A DNA stretch of 64,000 nucleotides from Lingula anatina (taxonomy: Eukaryota; Animalia; Brachiopoda), in contig CM120640.1 of NCBI GenBank assembly GCA_051362555.1, forward strand, positions 71,712,788 through 71,776,787. Reading direction: 5' to 3'. The notes under the pieces are model-generated. The model did not search any database. It saw nothing but the letters and a program-made list of their open reading frames with translations, and was not told where the DNA came from. This document shows positions 13,499-33,859 of this stretch, in pieces; the first letter of the stretch is position 1; the number at the start of each line of letters is the position of its first letter. A program made the position numbers and the translations under genes.

Positions 13499-14941
13499 TG
13501 TCGGGGAGTCTTTTATTATTTTGGTTTTTTACAACCAATACACCACATGCAGGCATTATACGTGCATAGATGTGCAAAGATGTAACGTGGAAAATAAGTC
13601 ACCTATTTAATATTTGTTCATTTCAGCCATATCAACACTAGAACTATTTCGAAATGGAATCAAGCACAACTACGGAATGTTTTGTTAAAGCTCAGGCACA
13701 TTAAAACCGTAGGCCTACTGTTTTCCGAGTGTTGAAAACGGTCGTCAGTTTAAAGTTACCGATGTGAAGGCAACAGAGAAGATTGCATTTACATAATTGT
13801 TTTGTGTTGGAAATCTGGCCTAATAAATCAAATGCACATTGGATTCAATTCCGTTTGCGAGACAAAGCCATTAGTGACTGTCGTTGCGAAATATAATTAA
13901 CACTAGGTTTGTGTGAATTCTCAATTCCCAGGCGGTATACGTGCTATATGAGAGGTAGCAATGTTTGACTGATCTGGCCCTTTTTATTTCTATCGTGGTT
14001 CTAGTTATAGGAGCTAAGCATAGCGGGGAATTTGTAATAGATCAGGTGAAGACAAATAGACAAGTGATCACTGCTATCTGACCAATCATTAATAAGCATA
14101 AAAATAGATTGGAGGTTAAGATTTATGCAAAATTTGATATATGGGATTCAAACTTCATTCTCATGAAAGTTAAATTATTAGAAGTACCTTGTGCTTTAAC
14201 TTTACCCATTACGTATTATGTTGATATCATAGCCTATGGGTAAGGATTTACTTGTATCGACAAACTTTAGAAATGACTTAGAGATATCAGCTAAAAAATA
14301 TCGGCCACGTGTGAACAGCTTTGTTGAATAATCCTAGCCACGTTCATGTGAAGGAGTCGATAAATTGTTGTCAGGACAGAAACCATTGCCAGTCTGTCAA
14401 TATTTTATTTGGTACCATTAAACCCTTTAATCTTCATACTCACACAGCATGGTTGTCAAACGCATGCACAAAATAGATCTCTGGTATAAACAGAAATATT
14501 TTAAAACTATCTGAACAATTAGGCCTATATATAACCTTCAGTTCTTAAAATATGGAAGTATCAGTACACGGTTATTTTCATTATAGATGAACAGGACGCC
14601 CAGCAGTCTTCGAGAGACAGATTTGAATGTTGGACGCAAGCAATTAAAAGTGTGTTCCCTGTAGACTGATACCTTCTTTTTTTTTCTTTTCTTTTCTTTT
14701 TTTCTTTTCTTTTTTTTTTTTTGGGGGGGGGGGGAGGGGGGTAGGCCTACATATGTTGTGACCCCTTAAACATGCAGCCAAGTGTGAGGACGTTACCTCT
14801 TCTGGATAAAACAAACGCCCTTCATATTGTAATTTGCCCATACAATGCTAACCCATGACAATGTCTCTTATAAAAATTTGACAAAATAGCCCTTGCAACA
14901 ACTCGACATATTCCCGTCCATCCGTGCTCATGGCGCATGCG

Positions 14942-17900
14942 TCAACCCGTGTCGTCATCGTTCTCGGGGACCTTGGTGCTGTTGACTTTTTTGCAGATAT
15001 GACCGCAGGGGTTACCGTACACATCAGGGAGATCGAAGAATTCGTCGTAGAAGTTGGGGGGAATAATAAACCGGTCAATGACGTGGACAACCCCATCAGT
15101 GGTACAGATATTACTGCTGTTGGTGACCAGTGCACTGTTCACTTGTAGAGTATAGTTGTCTGGAACAAAAAACTAAACCCGCTCAAACACGCTCTCTCCG
15201 TTTTATACACATCGAATTATTCGTGTGTGCATGAATGAAAGTGATAATTGTTAAAGGGATAATAACTCTTCGTTTCGGCCAAAAATGAATTTTCCTGGAG
15301 TAAACAACAATTTTCCCATACTTACCAATGGTTAATGAATCCATTTATACATTCAAAGTTAGTCCCTGGTTTTTTTCTAAAAAGTTTGGTTTTTTTGTCA
15401 AAATCTCTTAAGAGATTATAACAGAGTTAAGTCATCCATGTAGGTCACGTGGTCTAAAGACAAGCTCAGATATGAGAATAATAGCTATAACTGCCGTTTT
15501 TGTGGTAAAACAGAATATATTATATTTCTATGAGTTATTTACAATGTTTTTATTGTGAAATATAGATCTCATACGAAGAGTTATTATCCCTTTAACTAAA
15601 GTAGTTTCAATCTTACAGATCTTACAGAGCTTAGCACTGAAGAAAAAGAAGCTTTTGCATTTCTAATTTACCAAGCCAAGTATATAATGATAGACCAAAT
15701 ATTTTGAATGGCGTACTGCTATCTGCATTGGACAGCAGATTTTACCAAAAACCTTATTTTGTGATTGTAAGGACAAAAGAGAACCATGTAGGGCTATACG
15801 TTCATGATCTACTAAGAAGCAATTATGTGGCTGGTGGTACATCACCTGTAAGTTGCCCACACCCCTCTCACCTTCCATATATTTTACCAGGACTTACATG
15901 TCTTTCCAACCCACAGTGTGTGTCCACATTTGGTTTTCAATACCTGCTGTTTGTACAGACCTTCACTGAAGTAAGTGCCATCTACCTTGTGACATTTTGC
16001 CAGAGCTAAGAGAAACAAAAAAGAGAACGTGTGAATATTATGTCATTTAAACAACAGAATCGCGTGGCTTGTTGCTGTATAACAACAGATACCGCTGATA
16101 AATATTTTTGTCGTGCGCCCCAAAACGCAATTTGTCTAACACAGAGGCTACTATTCTGTTTTATAGAGGACCGTTCCACAAATAAACTTCCGGCCGAAAG
16201 TTGGTCTGAACATTAAAACCGAAAATTTGGCCATCTTCTGTTAAAGAAAAATCCATAACAGTCAATTTAATGACGTACAGTTTAGACTGATACATTGGGC
16301 ATGTCTTTCTCGTTATAAAAAGGACTACATCTTTCATCTGATAGGACTATTAATGATTAAACTGTTGTCAAGGTAGACAAAAGTATGGTCTAAATGTTTA
16401 TACTAATTTCGGACACCCCCCCCCCCCCCCCCCAGTCCAGGAGATAAGAAGGGTTTTATTCATAAACTGTCGATACTGTTGTGAATCTGCTGAATTCATT
16501 TGCACAATTACAACAATGTCTTGGTAATGATAGATGATGACGGTTGGGTGATGATGATAATACCAGTAGTTAAATTTCATTACATTGATAAAACGATCTT
16601 CTGTTTTCTTGCCAATGCAATAAACAAAGAGAGTATTGAATTTCAAGGTGAGAAGGATGTTTCGCAAGGAATAAGAAAGAAAAAAGTAAAATCATGTAGG
16701 GGATGATGTTAACATTACGACTACTGACATTCTAGTTTGAATTAGTTCATATTTCTCAGTCGAAAAAAATCCTACTTTGCTGGTCACCGTGTGAGCAAAT
16801 TGATATCGTTTTCTAAAATAAACAACACCTGACCCCTCCATGATGAAATTTTCAGTGACAACTCACCCAGTAACTCGGCCTCAGTTAGAGCGGTTAACTC
16901 GTCCATTACCTCTGTGAAGGCGTCGTTACTGGGGATGAAGTAGGTACAACCCTTGAAGTGGGAGCCATAGCCATAACTGTGACTGGACGGGTAGCCGTCT
17001 TCGTGGTTCTTGTGTTCATGATCATGTGCTGGAAATAGTGCAGACAGGTTATAATAATAATAATATGTATCTTGTAAATCTAACAGTGCTTTATATATAA
17101 AGACGCTCTACAGGGATGTATGTATCTGTATATATTCTGAGTATTGTGTCTGTCCCCGCGCGTGTTCTCTGTTTTTGTTGACGTCCGGAACATCACTTCC
17201 TATGACAGTCAAACCATATTTTCGTTTTTACATTTAATATACTGATGAGCACAGTTTGGTTAAAAAATCAGTTTGATCAGATTTTTTTTACCAAAATAAT
17301 GATTTCTTTGTATCTCGTTAGGCGGCGTATACTTCGTATTTGTAGAGTGACTTGGTATGCTAATAAAGCAGATTCCTTTTAAAATCAGCATGGTCGAACA
17401 ATAAACGAAATTTATGATTTTCTTCTGTTTTTTTTTCACGCCGTTCGCTGACTAAGCGTTATTAAGAAAAAAAAATGCAGATTCCTTTCGAAAAGTCGGC
17501 ACGATTAAAAAATAAAGCATTTTTCTTTTCTCTTCCTTTTTTATACGGCTAAATATTGTGGACATGTTTGTTTTTGTTTTTATTTATTATTTATATTTTA
17601 ATTGTCTGGTATCTGTATATTTCCCAGCAATGTCGTCTAGCTTGAATAAGCCGTTGGCTAGAAATTTGATTCCCAAGCAGGCATACGCACTTACTGTGTT
17701 CACATTTTCATAATTGATAATGAAGTTGATTTTGAGTATCTTCCCTTACTTTTTGAATATTCATAACTATTTTTATATTTTATTATTTACTGCATTTGAA
17801 GCTTGTTATAACGACATAATGCCGCAGTGCAAAGACAAGCGCTTCCAACATCCTAGTACGACCAAAAAGACAAAACAGAAAAATGACCTACAATTTTGAA

Positions 17901-18078
17901 AATAGACTTACGGCAGACATTCATAATTTAACCAATTTATGGTGTTTCAGAAGCTTTTTCCTTGCTTAATGTTATAACACATCTTATTAAGGCTATTTGA
18001 TGAGTATCAATTGAATACCTAACCATTGTTGCTTTAGTTTTTAAGGGAAAACAACTGTTGATTTTGGCAAATAAATAA

Positions 18079-18133
<55 letters not shown>

Positions 18134-21061
18134 AATAAAAATAAAAGGGTTTTCCTGGGGTAGACGACAATTTTCCCATATCTAACAATGGTTAATTAAT
18201 CTATTCCTATATTCAGAATTAATCCCTGTTTTTTCTAAAAAGTTTTTTTTGTAATAATCTTTGTAAAAAATCTCTACAGAGGTAATAGACTTTATCACAT
18301 TTCTGTGAGTTGTTTACATTGCACTTATTGTGAAATATGGATCTCTTTCGAAGCGTTGTTATCTATTTAATATCTTGTTCAAACAGACGGAGTTGTCAAT
18401 TTTAAGGTATACTCATTTGACCATTATGGTTCCTTTTTGTTTTCAAATTACACAATAAGCAGCAAATCTACAAATATCGAGTACCATAAATAGATAAAAC
18501 CCAAATTAATTATATATTTAGATGCCTACCATTTGGGTTGAACAAAGTGGTGTTTTGGAATAACTCTAGAGCCATATTGAATACGTCCATGACCAGAGAA
18601 GTGGTCAGCACGTCCGCTGAGTTCAGGTCTATGGGCACGTTACCATCACACAGGAAACAATCCACCAAATGTATGATGCCGTTTTTGGCTTTGATGTCCT
18701 TTTTCACAATACGTGAGCCAGACGCAGTCACATCCTGTAATAACAAAAATGCACCATTCTACATAAAAAAACATGTACCCTTATGGAAAACACATTTATC
18801 GTAACAGCCAATCCTTAGAGATAAGGATAAATTTCCCGTTCAACCTGTATCTATGCAGGTTTTGTCTGGGAGAGTATGTTAAAATTTAAGGTAAAACCTA
18901 TCTCAAAAGGGGAAATTGATATATCACATGACAACCAATGCTAGATAGTATATAAAGATGTCGTAACAACCTCTCTTAAGACAGTATATAAAGATTTTCT
19001 AGTACCAAACTATCTCAAAACAGAGGTAGTGATTTAAGGTAGTCTGTCCGGAGAGCGAAAAAAATGGGACACAGACTACCAACCAATCTTTATAAAGATA
19101 AAATGGGGAAATATAATTAGACTACGCTTAAAACAATCAGCGTTCGTTTAAGTCCCTGTCCTAACAGGATATGTAAGTGAATCTAAGACAACGTGGTATC
19201 TCTCACACATATTTGTTGAATATTTGAATCCAAGTACTCCAAAATTATGATCACTTTAATTCAGAGGCGAAAAGTGAGGTACCGTACTAAAACTTCAAAT
19301 GGTTTGGCAGAAATAGTTCATGCAGGTGATACCGGCACGTGAAGAGCTTGAAAACAATGTTCGTGCGTTTCAACAAATCATGCCACATATAGACGTATAA
19401 GCACTACTTACATACTGATAAAAGTTCACTCTGACTTTGGTTCCATTCAGTGAGATGAAGGTTGCATCATTTTTGAATTCTTTGCTGAAGACGGATCCGC
19501 TGATGATGTGAAACTTTAGGATCTCAATGGTGGCATCCGTCAGCGACATGTTGTCATCCAACATTTTGAGATCTTCCCTGAGTGACACGTTCAGTTTGGC
19601 AACAGCGTAATCAGTAGGAGCAAACACCGTATAGGGTCCTGAAATATATATTATTATATTATATAGGCCTATTATTATACATACAGGTAGATCCTCCCTG
19701 AGGGACACATTCAGTTTGGCAACAGCGTAATCAGTAGACGCAAACACTGTATAGGGCCCTGAAATATATATAATATGGACCTGTTGATCTTAAAAAATAT
19801 ATATAAGTTATTAAATATCATATGGAACTCTTGACAACGTAGTTAATATCTACCAGGGCCGCGACTGAAACCAGTGTCGAGTGCCCTAAATTATGAAGGT
19901 AATGGGTCAGCCCTTGGGCCCTACTTCTACCTCCTCGGTGCGTTAATTACCACTTACTATAGCCCCAGCGATGGAGTTGCCACTTACTGTACTTTGCCGA
20001 ACTGTGTGCTTACCATTTTTCTTGTTTAACACCTCGGAGATTTCGTTATCTTGTGCTGCTGCTTTGAGTAAAAAAGAAGCAAACTTTGGTGCTTTGATAA
20101 AGAGCAGTTGTTTTAATGTGAGCATCTGTTTGTAACCGCCACGTTGGCTGCCGTATCCATTCCCATGATCGCTTCCATGACCGCCGCCGTAGCCACCACC
20201 ATGACCGCCTCCGTAGCCGTCGCCATGGCCACCGCCGTAGCCGTCGTCATGGCCACCGCCGTAGCCACCACCATGACCGCCTCCGTAGCCGTCGTCATAG
20301 CCACCGCCGTAGCCACCACCATGGCCACCGCCGTAACCATCGTCATGGCCACCGCCGTAGCCACCGCCATGACCCCCTCCGTAGCCGTCGTTATGACCAC
20401 CGCCGTAATCGTTGTCATGGCCTCCGCCGTAGCCACCACCATGATCGCCTCCGTAACCGTCGTCATGACCACCACCGTAGCCGTCACTATGCCCTCCTCC
20501 ATAGCCGTCGCTGTGAGTGTCGCCGTAACTGTTGCTATGACCACCACCGTAGCCGTCACTGTGTCCTCTACCGTAGCCATCGTTATGACCACCGCCGTAG
20601 CCGTTGCTATGTCCTCTGCCATATCCATCATTATGACCACTACTGTAGCCGTCGTCATGACGACCGCCGTAACTATCGCCGTGCCCATACCCACCGCCAT
20701 AGCCACCGCTGTTCCCGTGCCTACGTTTACCATACGAGTCGTGACCATAGGAATCATAGCCGTAAGAGTCCGCTCCGTAGCCTTGGTTACGGCCTCCATA
20801 TCCCCCGGACTGGGAACCATGGCGACCGTGTGATTGGCTGCCGTAACTTCTGGGCACCTCCCGCTTCTTGATCGCCACTTTACCATCACCTGTAGAACGC
20901 TTTGATAATTTCTGTTTATCTTCGAAGAACGCTGGCGATTCTCTCTTTACTAAAGACAATAATTTTTCAGTATCCTTTATAATGGCACTCGACTTTTCTG
21001 TATTTCCACGAACCAAAGAAGCACATACAACTAACACCGCTATCTGTACCATGGCCGCCAT
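14942..21061 (-). CDS. Secreted protein (~655 aa): signal peptide, dibasic sites, Gly/Tyr/His/Asp repeats, two fasciclin (FAS1) domains; exons 21061-20014,19638-19412,18734-18530,17028-16867,16005-15898,15159-14942
   Basis: Exons splice in phase; MAAMVQIAVLVVCASLVRG signal; FAS1 motifs GPYTVFAPTDYA, ILKFHII, DIKAKNGIIHLVD and CTYFIPSNDAF, TTDGVVHVIDRFI. Confidence 0.88.
15255..15591 (+). mobile_element. Kolobok-like MITE, full length, in an intron of the FAS1 gene
   Basis: 19-bp TIR AGGGATAATAACTCTTCGT / ACGAAGAGTTATTATCCCT flanked by a TTAA target duplication; purine-start termini fit Kolobok rather than piggyBac (CCC). Confidence 0.85.
18043..18370 (+). mobile_element. Degenerate copy of the same Kolobok-like MITE with an internal (TAAA)n expansion
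   Basis: caattttcccata...aatggttaa...ttattgtgaaatat.gatctc...cgaag..ttgttatct shared with the 15255 copy. Confidence 0.65.
19569..19770 (-). repeat. 120-bp duplication of the FAS1 exon-2 acceptor plus ~70 nt of exon
   Basis: tttcag|G(G/A)CCCTATAC at 19758 and 19638. Confidence 0.9.
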
Positions 21062-22456
21062 TGTCGCTAGCCAGGTGTGTGTCGTACGGATGAAAGTGTT
21101 GAACAACGACGATGGCTTCCTATAATATGATGACGGGAATGGACTGTGCAGGGAAAATATATATGTTACAGATTGATCACAATCCAGCAATGATTGTATT
21201 CCAACAAACCTTGCTTACGGCTAAACCATAAACAAATCTATAAAAGCGAAATTTTACTAGCAGCACTGCCGCCGTTACGGGTACCGCTATTTAACAGAAA
21301 ATTTTATGACAATAATACAACTTTACTTCAGTGATATCCGGCCCAATACCTTTGATGGGAAAAACCAGGCGCCCACACGTTTGTGAAACAAAACATACTT
21401 TGTCCTTTTTCGTTGGGTTTCTTAATCAGGGGCGATATTCATAGGTGTTAAATTCCCAACAAGGAGGTACATCAAGTAGAATACTAGCATTTTAATTTTT
21501 TTTACGCAAGGTACACATAAAATGTGTGCACGGGGTAATTGCACATCTTGCGTTTCTTCGTCCCAAATGTGCCCTTATTAGCACAGGTGCCCAGCTTACG
21601 AATGCTCTGATTAAGTGTACAACGTAAGGTTTACCAAAACGTAAGAACTATCAATTTACTCAACGTTATTCCAGGTTGGGAGTTTACCCCACATCTACCC
21701 CTTGGTTTTAGAAGTACTTCTACGTGTTTTGAAAATTTAGCCTTTTTCCACTCTTGATCAGCGACAGGGGTTGAGTTAGGACTGCATATTTGTATTTAAA
21801 AAAGGGCAACGGGTCGGTATATTTACCGATACAATTGCTACAGCCGAACAAGACAAAGACAGGAAGCATCATCGGAAATAGATGGGAAGGGGGGGGGGGG
21901 GGGCTTTATGCCCGAGGACGCCTCACAATATCCCGACTCGTTCCCACACTAAATCCCACTCTTTACACGCGCCCTCCGTCCTGCTACCCCGAAGCAATGC
22001 AGCTACTTCATTCAAACAGTACGAATTAACCTTAAAGGGAATTGTTGGAGCACTTCATCAGTAATGCCGAAGGGGCAACAAAATAAACTATCGTGTTAAA
22101 ACGACTTGCCCGAGGTGAATTTTGGGGGAACAGTTTTCAGGGATCCACATCAATATCAACATGTGGAATCAAGTCGGTGTACAGGTTGAATACATGACGT
22201 CTCTTTCATATCCATAAACGGTCTCCGTCTCTGCCAAAAACCCTATGATACGGCGCCAATGTAGACTTCTGTAAAAACAACTGTTATGTTAACAAACTAT
22301 TCTTGTGTTTTAAATATCAATACCCAGACAAAACTACATTCTCTTCAAAGTTTGTTTATTTCGTAGTTTACATTTATCAGTCTATAAACAGTCTCCATAT
22401 TCATTCGTCTTATATGGTGTTCTATTATTCCTGACAGTTTCAATTCTCTCCTCCAT

Positions 22457-25400
22457 TCATTGGCCTCCCTTGGCAATTCTGCGGTCTCTCTCTTCAGCAA
22501 TGCTCAGCTTCACACCCTTGCCTTTAGGCAGAGAGACCCACGGCTTGCTGCCCTTGCCGATCACGAAGACGTAGTTCAACCTGAGGAGAAAGCAAGGTAC
22601 GCGTTAGGTGAACGCAGAACAGTAATCTTTGTTTGGATGCTAAAACAAAAGAACGTGCTTCACGAAGTGACATCGTCTTTCTTACAAAAACCTAAGAATT
22701 AAACAACAGGGTGTCCGTCTCGATGAAATAAAAAATTTGCCTCAACCAATTTGTTTATAGCTTTGCGGGTGAGAATATCGTCTCACCTACCACAATGACG
22801 TGCTGAGCTCTATTCTCAAGTGTTGCGAATCTCACCTACCACAATGGCGTCCTGAGCTCTTTCTAAAGTGTGGTTAATCTCACCTAACACAATACCACTA
22901 GTCACCTACCTGGTGGCGAAACTATGTCCCATGGCATCCTTGATGTGGACGATATCAAAACCTCCTGGGTGGCGCTCACGGTGGGTCACAATACCCACTC
23001 GGCCCAAGTTATGGCCACCAGTGATCATGCATACATTGCCTGGAAAAAACGCAGGGGACTTTATACAATGCCTTTAAATCTCTCTCTCTCCAATATGTTT
23101 ATGCAACTTACAAGCTCAAATCGTTTACAAAACACCTACAGGGTCACTTCATTTACTTGAAGTTTACATATACTCCAATATATTATATTTATTAGCTAAA
23201 AACTCTATTTTCTATGTACAGTTTTAACGGACCTCTACATGCTTTACTTATACCATCCATGTATTGGAGGTATTCTACGGGTTCATTTGTTTACCAGAGT
23301 CAAACTTGATGAGGTCCTTGACTTTGCCTGTGGCGATGTCCACCTGCACGGTGTCGTTGGCCTTGATCAGAGGGTCCGGGTACCGGATGGTGCGGCCATC
23401 ATTGGTGACAATGAAGGGGACACCCTTGGGTCCCACCTTGACGTGTTTTACTTTACACAGCTTGTACTGAAATTAGAGGTTAACTCTAGTTACACCTCAC
23501 AAGACATTGTTTTACTTTACACAGCTTGTACTGAAATTAGAGGTTAACTCTAGTTACACCTCACAAGACATTGTTTTACTTTACACAGCTTGTACTGAAA
23601 TTAGAGGTTAACTCTAGTTACACCTCACAAGACATTGTTTTACTTTACACAGCTTGTACTGAAATTAGAGGTTAACTCTAGTTACACCACACAAGACATT
23701 GTTTTACTTTACACAGCTTGTACTGAAATTAGAGGTTAACTCAGTTACACCTCACAAGACATTGTTTTACTTTACACAGCTTGTACTGAAATTAGAGGTT
23801 AACTCAGTTACACCACACAAGACATTGTTTTACTTCACACGGCTTGTACTGAAAGTAGAGGTTAACTCAGTTACAAGGCACAGGACACTCACTGCTTGGG
23901 GCAACTTTTCCTGCTTGAAACACAACTTGCTCTATATAAGCATGATATAATTAACATGTAAATTGTGCTTCAAAGACAACCCTTGGAACCAGTAGAAGCA
24001 GGAATGCCTCAGAACCGTCACCACTGGTCACTGATGACTAGCTAACATCCACTAGAACAGGTTACTCCTACACTCTGGCAACTACAGACACTTGTTTAAT
24101 GAAGTTTTTGGGGGTTGCCTTTTGCATATAAGTGCTCTTATGGATTTTCTCTTTGACTTTACCACACATAATTTTTCTGACATGGGATTCCTCTCATGAA
24201 ATAAAACTGTCCACAAGCATGTTGTACGTCCTAGTAATCTGATGTCCTGGTACAAATGGCTTTCTATCTTGACAGTTGTTTCACATCCAGTTCAAACACA
24301 GCATATGCAGTGGTGGGCAAGTTTATTTAAAAGCAAACTTTGAACTGTGGGGGCAGTGTCCTGCTTACCTTGGATTCTTCTGCACTAATCCTGTGGACAC
24401 AGAAACGTCCCTTGACATCATAAATCAGACGGAAATGTTCTCCTGTCTTCTCAATTGTGATTACATCTAGAATGATAAAATGCAATCTGACTGCCATATC
24501 ATAGCCTTCTTTATATTAAAACATCACTTTCTTGCTGAAAGGGATGTCAGGTCTGTGGGTTATGCCAGTAAGGTATGTGTCAACCTTCCAGCGACCATAA
24601 AGAACTGGTTTGATTTTGGCTTTGTTTTTGACCAGGATAGCCAAAGAAAACATTGCTACCCTGACTTCGATACAAGCCACAAGTTTTACATAAAATTGTA
24701 CTGAAAAATTCAATTGTAGGAGCATCCAAAATTATATACATACTACAGAATACCTACCAGTGAACCTAGTAATGCACCTTCCCATGAACTCGTGTAAAGT
24801 ACAGAATACCCACCCACTAACCCATAGTACAGTACACTTACCCATAAACCCAGTTAAGTACAGAATACCTTCCCAAGAACCTGGTCAGGTACAGAATACC
24901 TACCCATGAACCCAGCGGGATACAGGAAATCTGTCCGGACCTTGCCATCCACTTTAATGAGCCTCTGAGCCACAATTCTTTTGCATTCATCATACGTGAG
25001 AGCGTACTTTAGTCTGTTCCTCAAAAATATCATTAAAGGCAGACATTCACGCATCTTGTGTGGACCAGTGCTGGGTCTGGGGGCCTAGGTAATAACAACA
25101 ACATTATCAATATAAGCACATACAACATTGCTGCTGGTTCTACCTATAGTCTTTATAATTTGCTCCTTTACCAACTTGTATTCTAACTTGACATGCTCAC
25201 TTAGACATGACATCTTTTAGACACACCAAGACCATTTTTCAAGCTTATCAGAATGCTTCACAATGATTTGGGAGGCCAGTCTTGAGTGGAACTGCTATTC
25301 TCCATATAAAGTAACAGTACCCATGGTGATCACAGCACCAACTTTTAAATTGCACTTTCAACATCATGTTTTACTCTTATGAAATGTGTAGGATTTAACT

Positions 25401-25899
25401 GTTTAACTACCAAAAGCTACTTACAAATGTGCCCCCCAGTTTGTCCAGCATCCAGTGTTTGGGTGCATGAAGGCGCTTCAAGTGCTTCCTTGGACCTCGC
25501 ACCTAATATTTAAAAAAAAAAAGAATACACGATACGTATCCTATATTATAATCCAAGCACATAATGGTAATTTGCGAATGTCTCTGATGCCTTCAAGGTG
25601 AATATGAAGTGTTATAATCTCTCTGCACTTTAATAGTGGCAGTTTTTGTCTTTTCAGAGTATTCACGCAAATACAGGTACTCGTTAACCAAAAAACATGT
25701 TCTACATGCATTGCCTGAGACTTCTTTTAACACCTGTATTACACCTGAAAACTACCAGGTCCTTATTTATTTGGAAAAGCAAAGTAATGAAACTTATTAC
25801 ACCATTTCATTTGTTTCATAAAATTACCCGAAATCAGTTTCTTTATTAAGATGAAAGCGGATTTGTTATCCTAGGTAAATTTATTTTGAGACCCACCAT
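22457..25899 (-). CDS. RPS4: 40S ribosomal protein S4 (eS4), 261 aa; exons 25899-25897,25502-25425,25084-24904,24466-24369,23466-23295,23039-22910,22580-22457
   Basis: [44 protein letters not shown]...[11 protein letters not shown]...[15 protein letters not shown]; ATG-only first coding exon; AATAAA at 22355-22360 on the minus strand. Confidence 0.98.
23446..23875 (-). repeat. 63-64-bp tandem repeat, 7 copies: RPS4 exon-5 acceptor + first ~22 nt of exon
   Basis: tttcag|TACAAGC at 23466,23530,23594,23658,23722,23785,23848. Confidence 0.95.
24542..24680 (-). ncRNA. Intronic H/ACA snoRNA, SNORA16 (ACA16)-like
   Basis: Hairpin ggcttgt-ATCGAAG-tcagggtagc...gctatcctgg-TCAAAAA-caaagcc, H box AAATCA, second hairpin, ACA+3 nt; pocket arms are complementary to 28S UUUUUGA(U)C-CUUCGAU. 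Confidence 0.75.
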
Positions 25900-26104
25900 C
25901 TTGGATCCACGGGGAAAGAGGAAGGTATCGAGAGTTCACGAGTAATCTCGGCTGCCCCAAAACTAGGAATTTTCACACGTAAAACTTGTGTATCGAGGTA
26001 ATAACAGAATTATATGCAAAAAAAAAAACTTTAAAATATGTAAAAACGGCTTAAATGATTACAAATTTTATCTTAATATGTTTTTTCTTCTCCCCTTCTC
26101 TTAG
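25900..26104. promoter_or_regulatory. Compact bidirectional promoter region: RPS4 5'TOP tract (minus, ~25911-25925) and probable MTF1 non-coding first exon and intron
   Basis: Minus strand ccttcctctttccccgtggatccaagATG; plus strand donor cgag|gtaata at ~25997 and a polypyrimidine acceptor ending at 26104. Confidence 0.6.
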
Positions 26105-26143
26105 ATCCACCAGTTATAATAAGGTCAAGGTCATTTGCCGACT

Positions 26144-33020
<6,877 letters not shown>

Positions 33021-33859
33021 CATCGGTGAGCACAGTTATTTATGCAGTGCGACTCCACCTTCTGCTACTGTGTAGCAGATCCACATGAGAGGAGGCTGCT
33101 TATAATTGTGCTGTAAGTCTAGTTTAGTGCAGTTTACCATGTTCTGTGAATGCTGCTAGGTTTATTATGTTATATTTTATATAGTTTGTATCTACATCTG
33201 TAAGATAACACATTACTTAATAAGTTCTCACTTGGTCACATACAGATTGTCATGCAATTGTTTGCCTACAGAGTGAATGTAGAATTATTTAGTATATGAC
33301 AGTTTTTTCCTTTAGCTATAATAAAAGGAGTTTACCTGAAAGATATTGTATGATTTTTTTTCTTGTGAAGGGCTGAGTTGCATACCTTGAAATTGATGGT
33401 TGAATTGGTAGCTCTTTTTGTTAAATAAGCGTGTGAGTAAATTTTAAGATTTTTGTTTCGTGAACAGTGCATGCAAAAGGGTTATATGATATGTGACCAT
33501 CTTTCACATTCATGTAAATATACCAGCTTATGTATCGATAATGCAGTGCTTGCAAACAATCAAATATGTAACCCTTTTTAATAGTTAATGGTAAGTTTTA
33601 ACTTGAAGTGTTGCTTACTTGCTGGGATTCTCAGCAAGAAGGTGTCTGTTGATTGTCTGTTCATTGTCAGTTCTCTGTAGACCACATTTCTGCTAAATAG
33701 GCAGGGCATATACCACATTGCAATGAACACCCTTGCACATAGAAAGATTAGATTAATTGTTTTAGTTGAGTAAGTATAGATTTTTGTAAAGATATTACAT
33801 AATATAGATTGTCTGACTCATTCTGTATGAATTTGTGATATTCAGTGAAGCTGGTAGAT

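Noticed and set aside
15251-15595. piggyBac assignment for the TTAA-flanked MITE
   Set aside because: Termini start AGGG rather than CCC, which fits Kolobok better
20113-20889. Val/Ala/Thr/Met-rich overlapping ORFs
   Set aside because: Alternative-frame and antisense shadows of the Gly-rich repeat exon
25245-25370. C/D snoRNA in RPS4 intron 2
   Set aside because: The box C is imperfect, and the 14-mer next to CTGA resembles 28S in sense rather than antisense orientation on the transcribed strand
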